Position numbers and translations under genes: made by a program
The notes under the pieces: generated by a model
Databases searched by the model: none
Seen by the model: the letters and a program-made list of their open reading frames with translations, nothing else
What the model was told of the DNA's origin: nothing
In this document: in pieces, positions 37,052-46,648 of the stretch
Position numbering within the stretch: the stretch's first letter is position 1
Layout of the letters: each line of letters opens with the position of its first letter
From: Candidatus Komeilibacteria bacterium
GTDB taxonomy: Bacteria; Patescibacteriota; Patescibacteriia; UBA1558
DNA length: 64,000 nucleotides
Direction: 5' to 3'
Assembly (NCBI GenBank): GCA_048538275.1
Contig: JBLYPW010000001.1
Span: 299,924-363,923 of the forward strand

Positions 37052-38824
37052 GTGAAGAGGGCTCAAATTTTTTTCTTTATGAACAATCGTAAAGCAAATA
37101 ATTGGTGGGAAAACCGCCTTGCAGTTATGATGGTAATAATAGTTTTTTTTGCCGCTCTTTTATTGGCTAAATTAGCATTGATGCAACTGTGGCAACATGA
37201 TGATTATTTAGCGCGGGCGGAGGGACAGCATCAGACTAGTGAAAAGCTGACGCCTAAAAGGGGAGAAATATTTTTACAGGATTATAAGGAGCCTCAACAT
37301 TATTATCCTTTTGCTACTAATCGCAAATTTTATTTGGTCTATGCTAATACCAATGAGGTCAAATATCCGCATGATACCATGGATAAGTTAGCCGCTATTT
37401 TTAATATTGCTGAAGATGATCAAGAATCCCGTGATATTTTATTAGGCCGTTTAATCAAATCAAATGATATTTATGAACCGTTGCAGAATAAAGTAACGGA
37501 AGAGCAAAGGTTGCAATTGGATGAGCTGGCATTGCCCGGTATTTATTATAATGATGAGGTGATGCGTTATTATCCAGAAGGACGTGTTGGTAGCCAGGTA
37601 GTTGGTTTTGTTGGCTATACTGACGATGGTTATCAGGGACAATACGGTTTAGAAGGTTATTTTAACAAGGAGTTAAGTGGTCAGAGTGGATATTTATCCT
37701 CAGATGTAGATGGTATTGGGCGCATTATAGCAACTGCCGAGCGTAATTATAAAAGGGCGGAAAATGGTTTTGATCTTATATTAACAATTGATCGCGCTAT
37801 TCAATTTCACACTTGTTCTTTATTGCAAAAAGATGTCTTAAAGTATGGTGCAGAAAGCGGTACCGTTATTATAATGGATCCTAATACCGGTGCTATCATG
37901 GCAATGTGTTCTTATCCTGATTTTGATCCTAATATTTATAATAAAGTAGAATCAATGTCGGTTTATAATAATCCGGCAATTTTTGAAGCTTATGAACCTG
38001 GTTCGGTATTTAAGGCAATCACCATGGCGGCTGGGCTGGATATGGGGCTTTTGACGCCCGAAACTACTTTTGAAGATACGGGCGAGGTAAAAATTGCTGA
38101 TTATACTATTCGTAATGCAGAAAACAAGAAATACGGTAAACAAAATATGACGCAAGTCTTAGAAAAATCAATTAATACTGGAGCTATTTGGGTGGCGCAA
38201 CAAGTTGGTAATCAAAAGTGGCGCGACTATGTAGAAAATTTTGGTTTTGGTCAGCCGACCGGTATTAGTTTGGACTCAGAAGTGGCGGGGAACATTTCCG
38301 CTTTAAATAAAAGAGGGGAAATATATTTGGCTACTAGTTCGTATGGGCAAGGTATCACAGCTACACCCATACAATTAGTTACAGCTTTTGGCGCGATTGC
38401 CAATGGCGGCAAATTAGTAAAACCATATATTGTAGATAAAGTAAAATTTTCTTCCGGTTTAGAAGAGCAAAATCAGCCAACAGTTGTTCGTCAAGTGATT
38501 TCTTCTAAGACTAGTATTACTTTGGCTGCTATGCTGGGCTCTGTAGTAGAATCAGGACACGCTCAATCGGCTGGAGTAGACGGTTATTATATCGCTGGTA
38601 AAACCGGTACTGCGCAAAGCGTTATTAGTGGAGGAGAATATGACAAAACTAAAACCGTTCATACTTTTGTTGGTTTTGCTCCGCTGGCTAGTCCTCGTTT
38701 TGTGATGTTGACTAAGTTTGATCATCCAACTAATGTAGAATTCGCCGCCTCGTCAGCTGCTCCATTATTTGGAGAGATTGCTAAATATTTGTTAAATTAT
38801 TTACAAATACCAGTGGAAAAATAA
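37052..38824 (+). CDS. ftsI: Class B penicillin-binding protein (FtsI-type transpeptidase)
   Basis: N-terminal TM; SxxK (GSVFKAIT), SxN (KSINTGA), KTGT motifs. Confidence 0.8.
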   Translation: MKRAQIFFFMNNRKANNWWENRLAVMMVIIVFFAALLLAKLALMQLWQHDDYLARAEGQHQTSEKLTPKRGEIFLQDYKEPQHYYPFATNRKFYLVYANTNEVKYPHDTMDKLAAIFNIAEDDQESRDILLGRLIKSNDIYEPLQNKVTEEQRLQLDELALPGIYYNDEVMRYYPEGRVGSQVVGFVGYTDDGYQGQYGLEGYFNKELSGQSGYLSSDVDGIGRIIATAERNYKRAENGFDLILTIDRAIQFHTCSLLQKDVLKYGAESGTVIIMDPNTGAIMAMCSYPDFDPNIYNKVESMSVYNNPAIFEAYEPGSVFKAITMAAGLDMGLLTPETTFEDTGEVKIADYTIRNAENKKYGKQNMTQVLEKSINTGAIWVAQQVGNQKWRDYVENFGFGQPTGISLDSEVAGNISALNKRGEIYLATSSYGQGITATPIQLVTAFGAIANGGKLVKPYIVDKVKFSSGLEEQNQPTVVRQVISSKTSITLAAMLGSVVESGHAQSAGVDGYYIAGKTGTAQSVISGGEYDKTKTVHTFVGFAPLASPRFVMLTKFDHPTNVEFAASSAAPLFGEIAKYLLNYLQIPVEK

Positions 38825-38868
38825 TTAGGTCAAATGTGTTTTTCAGTATATGCTAAGAGCATAATTTT

Positions 38869-40155
38869 ATGAAAAAAGTAATACTATACAAAATATTATA
38901 TTGGTTAAGTCAACTTATATTACATAAATATAAGCCTGATATAATTGGCATCACTGGCAGTGTGGGAAAGACCAGTACTAAAGAAGCAATTTTTACAGTA
39001 TTAAAAAATAGTATTTCGGTTCGTCAAAGTGCTAAAAATTATAATAATGAATTAGGCGTTCCCTTAACCATTTTGGGTAGTGAGTCGGCTAGCAATTCTT
39101 GGTGGGGTTGGTTTATTATTATCATGCGTGCCCTGTTTTTATGGTTGCAAAAGAATCCTCAGTATCCGCACGTATTAGTTTTGGAAATGGGCGCTGATCA
39201 TATTGGTGATATTGAGTATTTAGTAAACATGGCACCTTGCAAGGTAGGAGTACTAACGGCCGTTTCGGAAAGTCATTTAGAATTTTTTGGTGATTTAGCG
39301 ACAGTAGCTAAGGAAAAAGGTATGATTATTAGTCATTTAGCTGATTCAAATTGGGCTATAATTAATCGTGATAATGAAATGGCTTGGCAACAACGGAGCA
39401 GGACTAAAGCGCAAGTTATTAGTTATGGTATAAAAAAACAAGCTGATTTTCGGGCCAGCGATATAAATATAAGTTGGCGCCAGGGGAAAATTGGTTTAAG
39501 TTTTAAATTAAGTTATCAAGGTACAATTTTACCGATTTTTGTACCGGAAATTATAAGTGAACAACAAGTATATGCTTTATTAGCGGCCGCCGCGATTGGT
39601 ATTATATATGATATGAATTTAGTTGAGATTGGACAAGCTCTTCAGGATTATCATGGTATAGCGGGTAGAACTCGTTGGTTACCGGGTATCAAAAATACTC
39701 AAGTGATTGATGATACTTACAATTCTTCACCGCTAGCTGCAGAAGCCGCTTTAGAATTATTGGTTAAAATTGACTTTTTATCTGAGAAAGAGAAGGGTAG
39801 GCGTTGGGCGATATTAGGTGACATGTTGGAATTGGGGGATCAAAGCGAAGTCGCTCATCGTACTTTAGGGCATAAAGTAGCTGAACTGGGAATTGATTAT
39901 TTAGTCAGTTTTGGCGAGCGAGCCAGAGATATTGCCCGTGGTGCCAAAGAAGCTGGCATGTTAGATGATTATATCTTTACTTTTTCTGATCATGATCGGG
40001 CTGGTCATTTTATACAAAATAAGATCAAGGAAAATGATATTATTTTAATTAAAGGATCACAGGGCGTACGTATGGAAAAGTTGGTCAAAGAAATAATGGC
40101 TGAGCCGCAACGAGCCAATGAATTATTAGTACGACAGACAAAAGAGTGGCAATAA
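38869..40155 (+). CDS. murF: UDP-N-acetylmuramoyl-tripeptide--D-alanyl-D-alanine ligase MurF-like, with very short N-terminal domain
   Basis: GITGSVGKTSTKE P-loop, IDDTYNSSPLAAEAAL MurF-type C-terminal motif. Confidence 0.7.
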   Translation: MKKVILYKILYWLSQLILHKYKPDIIGITGSVGKTSTKEAIFTVLKNSISVRQSAKNYNNELGVPLTILGSESASNSWWGWFIIIMRALFLWLQKNPQYPHVLVLEMGADHIGDIEYLVNMAPCKVGVLTAVSESHLEFFGDLATVAKEKGMIISHLADSNWAIINRDNEMAWQQRSRTKAQVISYGIKKQADFRASDINISWRQGKIGLSFKLSYQGTILPIFVPEIISEQQVYALLAAAAIGIIYDMNLVEIGQALQDYHGIAGRTRWLPGIKNTQVIDDTYNSSPLAAEAALELLVKIDFLSEKEKGRRWAILGDMLELGDQSEVAHRTLGHKVAELGIDYLVSFGERARDIARGAKEAGMLDDYIFTFSDHDRAGHFIQNKIKENDIILIKGSQGVRMEKLVKEIMAEPQRANELLVRQTKEWQ

Positions 40156-40300
40156 GTATTGATGAGAGCTGCGGTCTATCAACAAATTTACTTGATAAAT
40201 AATATACAAAAAATCAGTTAAAGAACATTTAACTTTCAAGAAAAGTTGATTTTATCGATGAGCTTTGTTAATATATTTCTGCCGTATTTTTTATCTATTA

Positions 40301-40375
40301 GCCGCCTTCGTCTAGTGGTTAGGACGCCAGGTTCTCATCCTGGTAACAGGGGTTCGACTCCCCTAGGCGGTACCA
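40301..40375 (+). tRNA. tRNA-Glu (anticodon CUC)
   Basis: Manually folded cloverleaf: acceptor GCCGCCT/AGGCGGT (G1-U72 wobble), D-arm GTCT/GGAC with 8-nt loop, anticodon stem CCAGG/CCTGG, loop TTCTCAT, 4-nt variable, T-arm AGGGG-TTCGACT-CCCCT, encoded CCA. Confidence 0.8.
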
Positions 40376-40386
40376 CGTCGTAGTCG

Positions 40387-40458
40387 GGTTTCGCCACTGC
40401 GTGCGACAGATCAAGTCTGTCTCACTGCGTTTGACTCAACCACGCCTACTCCTTGCTG
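40387..40458. repeat. 72-bp perfect direct repeat, copy 1 (GC-rich, contains 10-bp-stem hairpin)
   Basis: Identical to 40524-40595; internal hairpin gtgcgacaga-tcaag-tctgtctcac. Confidence 0.75.
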
Positions 40459-40523
40459 GTCGTGACTTAACCATTCACTTCGTTCATGGCCCAAGTCACT
40501 CCCAGTTTTTTTCAGTTTGATCT

Positions 40524-40595
40524 GGTTTCGCCACTGCGTGCGACAGATCAAGTCTGTCTCACTGCGTTTGACTCAACCACGCCTACTCCTTGCTG
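40524..40595. repeat. 72-bp perfect direct repeat, copy 2
   Basis: Identical to 40387-40458 (period 137 bp). Confidence 0.75.
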
Positions 40596-40707
40596 CTCAC
40601 CTCGTCATATGAGGTTCGTTCCTTACCCTTCGCCTTTCTCTGTTTATTCAGAATCAAGATTTATTTTAATGTCAGTTTTTTTTAGATAAAATTGTTATAA
40701 TAGATTT

Positions 40708-41164
40708 ATGTCTACTGATATAAAGAAGATAATAGTCGCCTCCGGCCCAGTGATTATTGAAAACGGGGAAGTCTTGTTAAACAAACATGGGGATGATAAA
40801 TTTTGGAAATTTTTAGGTGGTAAAGTACAGGTCAGTGATTCAATCAATCTTTGGACGCCTTGGAACATGCTTGTCGGCGTGAGGTAAGAGAGGAAAACGG
40901 GATTGAATTGAGATTATTTGCGCTTTGCAACCCATGATGGTAGCTAAGCCAAAGGAGCCCGGCGTGTATGTTGTATTGATTCATTGGTTAGCGCGACGCA
41001 AGGGTGATATTGTTTTAGGGGTAGATATTGAAAATTATAAAACTTTTGTTGTGGATAAATTATTGTCCGGAAAATATAGAGGTGAACAATTTGCGCCTAA
41101 TATTAAGCCAGTATTACGTAATTATCAGTATTTGTTAAAGAGGGGAATATTAGCAAAACTTTAG
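40708..41164 (+). pseudogene. NUDIX hydrolase pseudogene (at least two frameshifts)
   Basis: N-terminus MSTDIKKIIVASGPVIIENGEVLL...KFLGGKVQ in frame 1, Nudix-box remainder LEHACRREVREENGIEL in a second frame ending RLFALCNP*, C-terminal part (ORF 40925-41164) in the third frame. Confidence 0.55.
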
Positions 41165-41250
41165 GATAGATAATGCCAGTTAGCATTATTTTTTATTTAT
41201 TGCTATAATACCTATACCATAGGTATAGGTTTAAATAATTAGTTAAATTT

Positions 41251-41523
41251 ATGACTAAAGCAGATAAAGATATTTTAATTTCTTTAAAGAAAGCGCAAAG
41301 TAGCTTAGCCAAGGTACAGGAGATGATAGAAGGCGGTAGTTATTGCGTCAAAGTGATGCAACAAACTTTGGCTGCTATTGGTTTGCTAAAAAGTGTAAAT
41401 ACTAAGTTGATGAAACGACATTTGGATAGTTGCTTTACTACGGCCGTGAAAGGTTCTAATAAACAAAAGGTCAGCGATATGATTGAGGAGATTATTCAAG
41501 TTAATAAATTGGCTAATAAGTAA
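41251..41523 (+). CDS. csoR: CsoR/RcnR-family metal-sensing transcriptional repressor
   Basis: ~90-aa helical protein with C-x(24)-H-x3-C spacing (YCVKV...KRHLDSC); upstream of copA. Confidence 0.6.
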   Translation: MTKADKDILISLKKAQSSLAKVQEMIEGGSYCVKVMQQTLAAIGLLKSVNTKLMKRHLDSCFTTAVKGSNKQKVSDMIEEIIQVNKLANK

Positions 41524-41534
41524 AGTATCTAAAT

Positions 41535-41861
41535 ATGAAAAATCATTTTCTAATTTTTTTTATGGCTTTAGTTAGTTTGTGGGCACTACCAATGATTACT
41601 TTGGCTGATTATGACCATATGATGATGGGTGGAGAAAATGTTTCTGCTAGTGCTTATCCCATGGGATGTCATTATTATGGTCTGGGTTGGCATTGGTTGG
41701 GCTGGTTAGTTGTAGCCTCAGTTGTTGTATTATTGCTTATTAAATTTTGGCAGGCGCCTGGTTATCAAGATGATGCCATGAAATTATTACGTGCACGTTA
41801 TGTCAAAGGTGAAATAAATGATGATGAATTTATACGTATGAAAAAAGCTTTACGAGATTAA
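41535..41861 (+). CDS. Small membrane protein with C-terminal SHOCT domain
   Basis: TM helices plus C-terminal LLRARYVKGEINDDEFIRMKKAL (SHOCT-like); His/Met-rich segment DYDHMMMGG. Confidence 0.5.
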   Translation: MKNHFLIFFMALVSLWALPMITLADYDHMMMGGENVSASAYPMGCHYYGLGWHWLGWLVVASVVVLLLIKFWQAPGYQDDAMKLLRARYVKGEINDDEFIRMKKALRD

Positions 41862-41864
41862 ACA

Positions 41865-44039
41865 ATGCACGATGTAGCCAATTACCAATCTCATCAACAG
41901 TCAGTTTATAAAGTGCAGGGCATGCATTGTGCTAATTGTGCGGTGACTATTCGTAAACAGCTGGAAAAAATACCTGGTGTCAATCAGGCAGCGGTTAATG
42001 CTGTGACAGAAGAAGCCACCGTTCATTGGCATGATCAAGTTAATCATCAGGCGGCGTTGCAAGCTGTCAAACAGAGCGGTTATCAGGCAACACCCATGCC
42101 AGCAAATCATAATGGACGTCATCAGCATGAACATGGTGGTACTGCCAGTCAGGAACAAGGCTGGTTTATTTTGAGTGTGTTATTAGCCGTGCCGGTGGTG
42201 ATTTTAAGCATGGTATTACATAATGACAGCCTATTAAGCCAAATTATCCAATTTTTTATAGCTTCAATAGTTCAATTTTATATTGGGGCACGTTTTTATC
42301 GGGGCGCCTGGCACGCTTTGAAAAATAAAACGACCAATATGGACACCTTGGTTGTTTTAGGCACCAGCGCCGCTTATTTTTATAGCTTGGTTAATACTTG
42401 GTGGCTATCTGGACCAGTGTTTTATGATACGGTAGTTTTGTTGATTACTTTTATTATAATTGGTAAGTGGCTGGAAGCCAGAGCCAAACAAAAGGCTAGC
42501 CAGGCGATTGGTAAGCTTTTACAATTACAACCTAATGAGGCTATTAGATTGCGAGATGGTAAGCAGGAAATAGTAGCGGTTGATAAAATTTTAGTAGGTG
42601 ATATTTTATTAGTTAAGCCTGGTGCTCAAATACCTATGGACGGCTTGGTGGTAAAAGGTGCCAGTAGCGTAGATGAATCCATGATTTCAGGTGAAAATTT
42701 ACCAATTGAGAAGCAGGCGGGTGACACAGTAATTGGTGCTACTATAAATCAAACCGGTAGTTTAGAAATAAAAGTAACGCGGGTAGGAGAGGATACTACA
42801 TTGTCAAAAATTGTAAGAATAGTACGTCAGGCACAGAATCGGCCGGTGCCCATTCAGGCTTTAGCCGATAAAATATCCAGCTATTTTGTTCCCCTAGTTA
42901 TTGTCATTGCTGGAGTGACTTTTTTGGCTTGGTTGGTGTGGGCGCAGGCTGGATTTACCATCGCTTTGTTGAATATGGCGGCGGTTTTATTAATTGCTTG
43001 CCCTTGCGCTTTGGGATTAGCGACTCCTACCGCTTTAGTCGTTGGCGTGGGTAAGGGAGCGCGCCATGGTATATTGTTACGTGGCGGAAAAGCTTTGGAA
43101 AGAATGAATAAAATAAAAGTTATTGTTTTTGATAAAACCGGTACTATCACTACGGGCCATCCTAGCGTCCGAGAGGCGGTGGAATATCAGCCTGATTTTA
43201 GCATTATCAGTAGAGCATTGGAGTTGCCGTCAGAGCATCCCTTAGCCCAAGCAATAGTAGAGTATATTGGAGACTTGCCCGAGCTGAAATTAGTGGCTTG
43301 GCAATCGCATAGTGGTGTTGGTGTGGAAGCAAAATTAGGTAAAAGTGTGATTAGATTAGGTCAACCAGACTGGATAATAAATAAGCATATTAATTTATCT
43401 ACCAAAATTAAACAGCAAATCAATATTTGGCAGAAACAAGGTTGGACGGTTGTTTTAACAACCAAGGATGATGAAGTGATAGGCATGTTTGCCCTTAGCG
43501 ATACGATTAAAGCTAATGCCAGTCAGGTTGTACAGCGATTGCATTTATTCGGCATTAAAACTGTGATGCTGAGTGGTGATAATCAAAGAGCCGCGCAGTC
43601 AGTGGCAAAACAAATTGGTATTAATGAGGTCATAGCGGGAGTACCCCCCACAGATAAGGCGGAGGTGATAGCTAATTTACAGAGGCAGCATGGTTTAGTT
43701 GCAATGGTTGGTGATGGTATCAACGACGCACCGGCTTTAGCGCAAGCTGATATTGGCATTGCTATGGGTGGCGGTACTGATATTGCCATTGCCAGCGGGG
43801 ATATTGTCTTAGTAAAGAATGATCTGCGTGATGTGATCAGGTCTTATGAGTTGGGTAGGCAAACCATTGATAAAATTAAACAGAATCTTTTTTGGGCTTT
43901 GTTTTATAATGTGATTGCCATACCTATAGCCGCCCTGGGTTGGTTGCGTCCGGAAATTGCCGGTCTAGCTATGGCACTGAGCAGTGTTACGGTAGTGGCC
44001 AATTCACTATTATTACGAAATAAAAAGTTGGCTATTTGA
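41865..44039 (+). CDS. copA: Copper-translocating P1B-type ATPase
   Basis: N-terminal HMA GMHCANC, CPC transmembrane motif, DKTGTIT phosphorylation site, GDGINDAP. Confidence 0.9.
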   Translation: MHDVANYQSHQQSVYKVQGMHCANCAVTIRKQLEKIPGVNQAAVNAVTEEATVHWHDQVNHQAALQAVKQSGYQATPMPANHNGRHQHEHGGTASQEQGWFILSVLLAVPVVILSMVLHNDSLLSQIIQFFIASIVQFYIGARFYRGAWHALKNKTTNMDTLVVLGTSAAYFYSLVNTWWLSGPVFYDTVVLLITFIIIGKWLEARAKQKASQAIGKLLQLQPNEAIRLRDGKQEIVAVDKILVGDILLVKPGAQIPMDGLVVKGASSVDESMISGENLPIEKQAGDTVIGATINQTGSLEIKVTRVGEDTTLSKIVRIVRQAQNRPVPIQALADKISSYFVPLVIVIAGVTFLAWLVWAQAGFTIALLNMAAVLLIACPCALGLATPTALVVGVGKGARHGILLRGGKALERMNKIKVIVFDKTGTITTGHPSVREAVEYQPDFSIISRALELPSEHPLAQAIVEYIGDLPELKLVAWQSHSGVGVEAKLGKSVIRLGQPDWIINKHINLSTKIKQQINIWQKQGWTVVLTTKDDEVIGMFALSDTIKANASQVVQRLHLFGIKTVMLSGDNQRAAQSVAKQIGINEVIAGVPPTDKAEVIANLQRQHGLVAMVGDGINDAPALAQADIGIAMGGGTDIAIASGDIVLVKNDLRDVIRSYELGRQTIDKIKQNLFWALFYNVIAIPIAALGWLRPEIAGLAMALSSVTVVANSLLLRNKKLAI

Positions 44040-44100
44040 TCAAAATTTATGTATAATAAGTGATATTTAAATCACGATTTAATTATTAAGTAAAAAAATT

Positions 44101-44865
44101 ATGTTAAATGAGCATAAAAAAAAGTCTGGCTTCTTGCATAACTTGCAACCTAGCTCCGCTTTTTGGTTGGGATTAGTTGCTGGCATAGCCGCAATGTTTG
44201 TAGTCGGCTTTTTCATTTTATTGGGGTATATAGTGAAGGGTGGTGATTTGCCGGTGGGTAATGACAGGGTCGCTAATCAGCCAACAGCTGCCGCTCCCAA
44301 CGGTAATCAGCCAGCTGACATTACTTTACAGCCGATCACTAAGGATGATTGGATCAAGGGTGACGTCAATGCGCCGATTAGTATTGTGGAGTTTTCTGAT
44401 TTAGAATGTCCTTACTGCAAACGTTTTCATGATACTTTAACTCAAGTATTGGCGGATAATCCACAAGTCAATTTAGTGTATCGTCATTTCCCTTTAAGCT
44501 CTTTACATTCCAAAGCGCCAAAGGAAGCAGAAGCGGCTGAATGTGCCGGCGAACTGGGAGGTGATGCTGGTTTTTGGAAATTTGTGGACAGGCTATTTGC
44601 TATAACGCCATCTAATAATGGATTAGATTTGGACCAATTACCAGAAATTGCTAGTTATGCAGGATTAGATAAAAATGCATTTAATGATTGTTTGGATTCT
44701 GGTAAGTACGCTGATAAGGTTCAGGATCATTATCAGCAAGCAGTAGCTGCTGGTGGTCAAGGCACGCCTTATTCTGTCATTGTATCAGGTGATCAGAAAG
44801 TTCCAGTTTCCGGCTCAGTTAGCGCCACGCAATTACAAAGTATCATTGATTCTTTGAGTAAATAA
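44101..44865 (+). CDS. Membrane-anchored DsbA-like thioredoxin-fold protein
   Basis: N-terminal TM, CPYC active site within DsbA-like fold. Confidence 0.65.
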   Translation: MLNEHKKKSGFLHNLQPSSAFWLGLVAGIAAMFVVGFFILLGYIVKGGDLPVGNDRVANQPTAAAPNGNQPADITLQPITKDDWIKGDVNAPISIVEFSDLECPYCKRFHDTLTQVLADNPQVNLVYRHFPLSSLHSKAPKEAEAAECAGELGGDAGFWKFVDRLFAITPSNNGLDLDQLPEIASYAGLDKNAFNDCLDSGKYADKVQDHYQQAVAAGGQGTPYSVIVSGDQKVPVSGSVSATQLQSIIDSLSK

Positions 44866-45431
44866 TGTCAATTTTTTTTGCTGTCAATAAAGCTATAAAA
44901 GTAGTCTTTAGCCGGCCAGGATATATTATCCTGGCCGGTCTGGCTGCTGTTTTTATGTATTTATTAATGCTATCTATTCACATTGGTCCGTTTGTATCGG
45001 AAGTATTGCGTTCGCCCTATTTCAGCGGTTGGTTGAAGCTTAAGCTGATTAGTCAATCAGTGTTTTCCGTAGACACTAATTATATTACGCAGTGGGCTTT
45101 TTATTGGGCTTTGCTTTTAGCTTTATTGGCGGGAATTAATATAGCTTTGTTAATTTTTAATCTTCGCCAGCAATATAAGGCTCGTAGCGCTACTGGGGCT
45201 AGTGCCGTGGCGATTATTATTTCATTACTTGGTGTGGGTTGCGCGTCTTGTGGCAGTGTAGTATTGTCTTCAATTTTTGGATTAGGCTTTACGACCGCCG
45301 CTTTACATTATATACCGGGCGGCACAATAGGTGTAAATGGATTAGCCACGATATTATTGTTATTTTCTATTTGGTTATTAGCGAGAAAAATAGTTTTGCC
45401 TGATAATTGTGATTGGCAACCGATTAAATAA
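44865..45431 (+). CDS. Polytopic membrane protein with intramembrane CxxC (possible redox partner of adjacent DsbA-like protein)
   Basis: 188-aa, ~5 TM, GVGCASCGS motif; 1-bp overlap with upstream gene. Confidence 0.4.
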   Translation: MSIFFAVNKAIKVVFSRPGYIILAGLAAVFMYLLMLSIHIGPFVSEVLRSPYFSGWLKLKLISQSVFSVDTNYITQWAFYWALLLALLAGINIALLIFNLRQQYKARSATGASAVAIIISLLGVGCASCGSVVLSSIFGLGFTTAALHYIPGGTIGVNGLATILLLFSIWLLARKIVLPDNCDWQPIK

Positions 45432-45476
45432 AATTGCGTCGACAAAAGGCGCTATTTTTTTTATAATATAGTCATT

Positions 45477-46592
45477 ATGCAGAAGGATATTTTTTTTATT
45501 GAAGCGGCCGCTATTCTTATCGGCACCACCATTGGCGCCGGTATTTTAGCTATCCCTTATGTTATAGCGGAAGCCGGTTTTTTAAGCGGTTTAGTGATGG
45601 TGATAGTAGTGACACTCGTGATGTTGGTATTAAATTTAATGGTTGGGCAGCTGGCATTGGGTACCAAAGACTTGCATCAGCTACCGGGCTATGCGCGTAA
45701 GTATTTGGGTCGTACCGGAGAACGGCTAATGTTTGTATTGATGGTAGCCTCTATTTATGGAGCTTTGCTGGCATTTGTTATTGGTGAGGGTAGAGTATTA
45801 GCAGATTTGTTTGGTGGTAGCCCTATGTTAAGTAGTTTAATCTTTTTGGCGGTGGGCGCCATTATTTTATATTTTGGTCTGAGTATTATCAGGCGTTTAG
45901 AATTATTATTGACACTGGTCATTTTTTTTATAATATTATTGCTTTTTTGGTGGAGCAGGCCATTTATTGCCTGGGATAATTTAAAGGTTTTTTCTTGGCA
46001 AAATATATTATTGCCCTATGGAGCGGTATTCTTTGCCGGCATGGGCTTTTCTTCTATCGCCCAGATGCGAGAAGTTTTAATTGGTAGGGAAAAGTTATTG
46101 CGCAAAGCTATTGTGGTGGGTACTTTTGCACCAGCTATCATTTATGTCATTTTTTCTTTATTGGTAGTAGGTGTTAGCGGTAGCGCTACCAGCGAAGTCG
46201 CCACTATTAATTTGGGCCACATTATCGGACCGCAGATGATAATCTTTGGTAATATTTTTGCTTTTGTTACCATGGCCACCACTTTTCTTGCTTTAGGCTT
46301 GGCTTTGAAAAAAGCTTTTATCCAAGATTTGCGGCGTTCAGCTAATGTAGCTTGGTTATTAACCTGTTCTGTACCGGCAGTTGCTTTATTATTAGGTTTG
46401 AATAGTTTTGCTAATATTGTCAGTATTGTGGGGGCAGTAGCCGGCGGCTTACAAGGCGTGCTCATTGCATTGACCTGGTATTATATGCATCAGATGGAGC
46501 GTAATCCAGAATATCGTTTACCACATACTGTTTGGCTTTTATTGCCGGTGTTAATAGTCTTATTGGCGGGCTTGTTCAGCGTTTGGTGGTGA
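45477..46592 (+). CDS. Amino-acid permease-like transporter (Trp/Tyr permease-like fold)
   Basis: 11-TM-like 371-aa protein, N-terminal IGTTIGAGILAIPY motif. Confidence 0.45.
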   Translation: MQKDIFFIEAAAILIGTTIGAGILAIPYVIAEAGFLSGLVMVIVVTLVMLVLNLMVGQLALGTKDLHQLPGYARKYLGRTGERLMFVLMVASIYGALLAFVIGEGRVLADLFGGSPMLSSLIFLAVGAIILYFGLSIIRRLELLLTLVIFFIILLLFWWSRPFIAWDNLKVFSWQNILLPYGAVFFAGMGFSSIAQMREVLIGREKLLRKAIVVGTFAPAIIYVIFSLLVVGVSGSATSEVATINLGHIIGPQMIIFGNIFAFVTMATTFLALGLALKKAFIQDLRRSANVAWLLTCSVPAVALLLGLNSFANIVSIVGAVAGGLQGVLIALTWYYMHQMERNPEYRLPHTVWLLLPVLIVLLAGLFSVWW

Positions 46593-46648
46593 TTTGACTT
46601 TTGCCTTCTTTTTAGGTAAAATTTGGCTGTTAATCATAAATAACTTAT

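Noticed and set aside
40387-40595. Possible CRISPR array
   Set aside because: Only two repeat copies, repeat length 72 bp and spacer 65 bp are outside CRISPR norms, and no cas genes anywhere in the window.
40486-40689. 67-aa ORF spanning the second 72-bp direct repeat
   Set aside because: Lies within a perfect DNA-level repeat and hairpin block; low-complexity Pro/Ser/Thr translation; more consistent with non-coding repeat than CDS.
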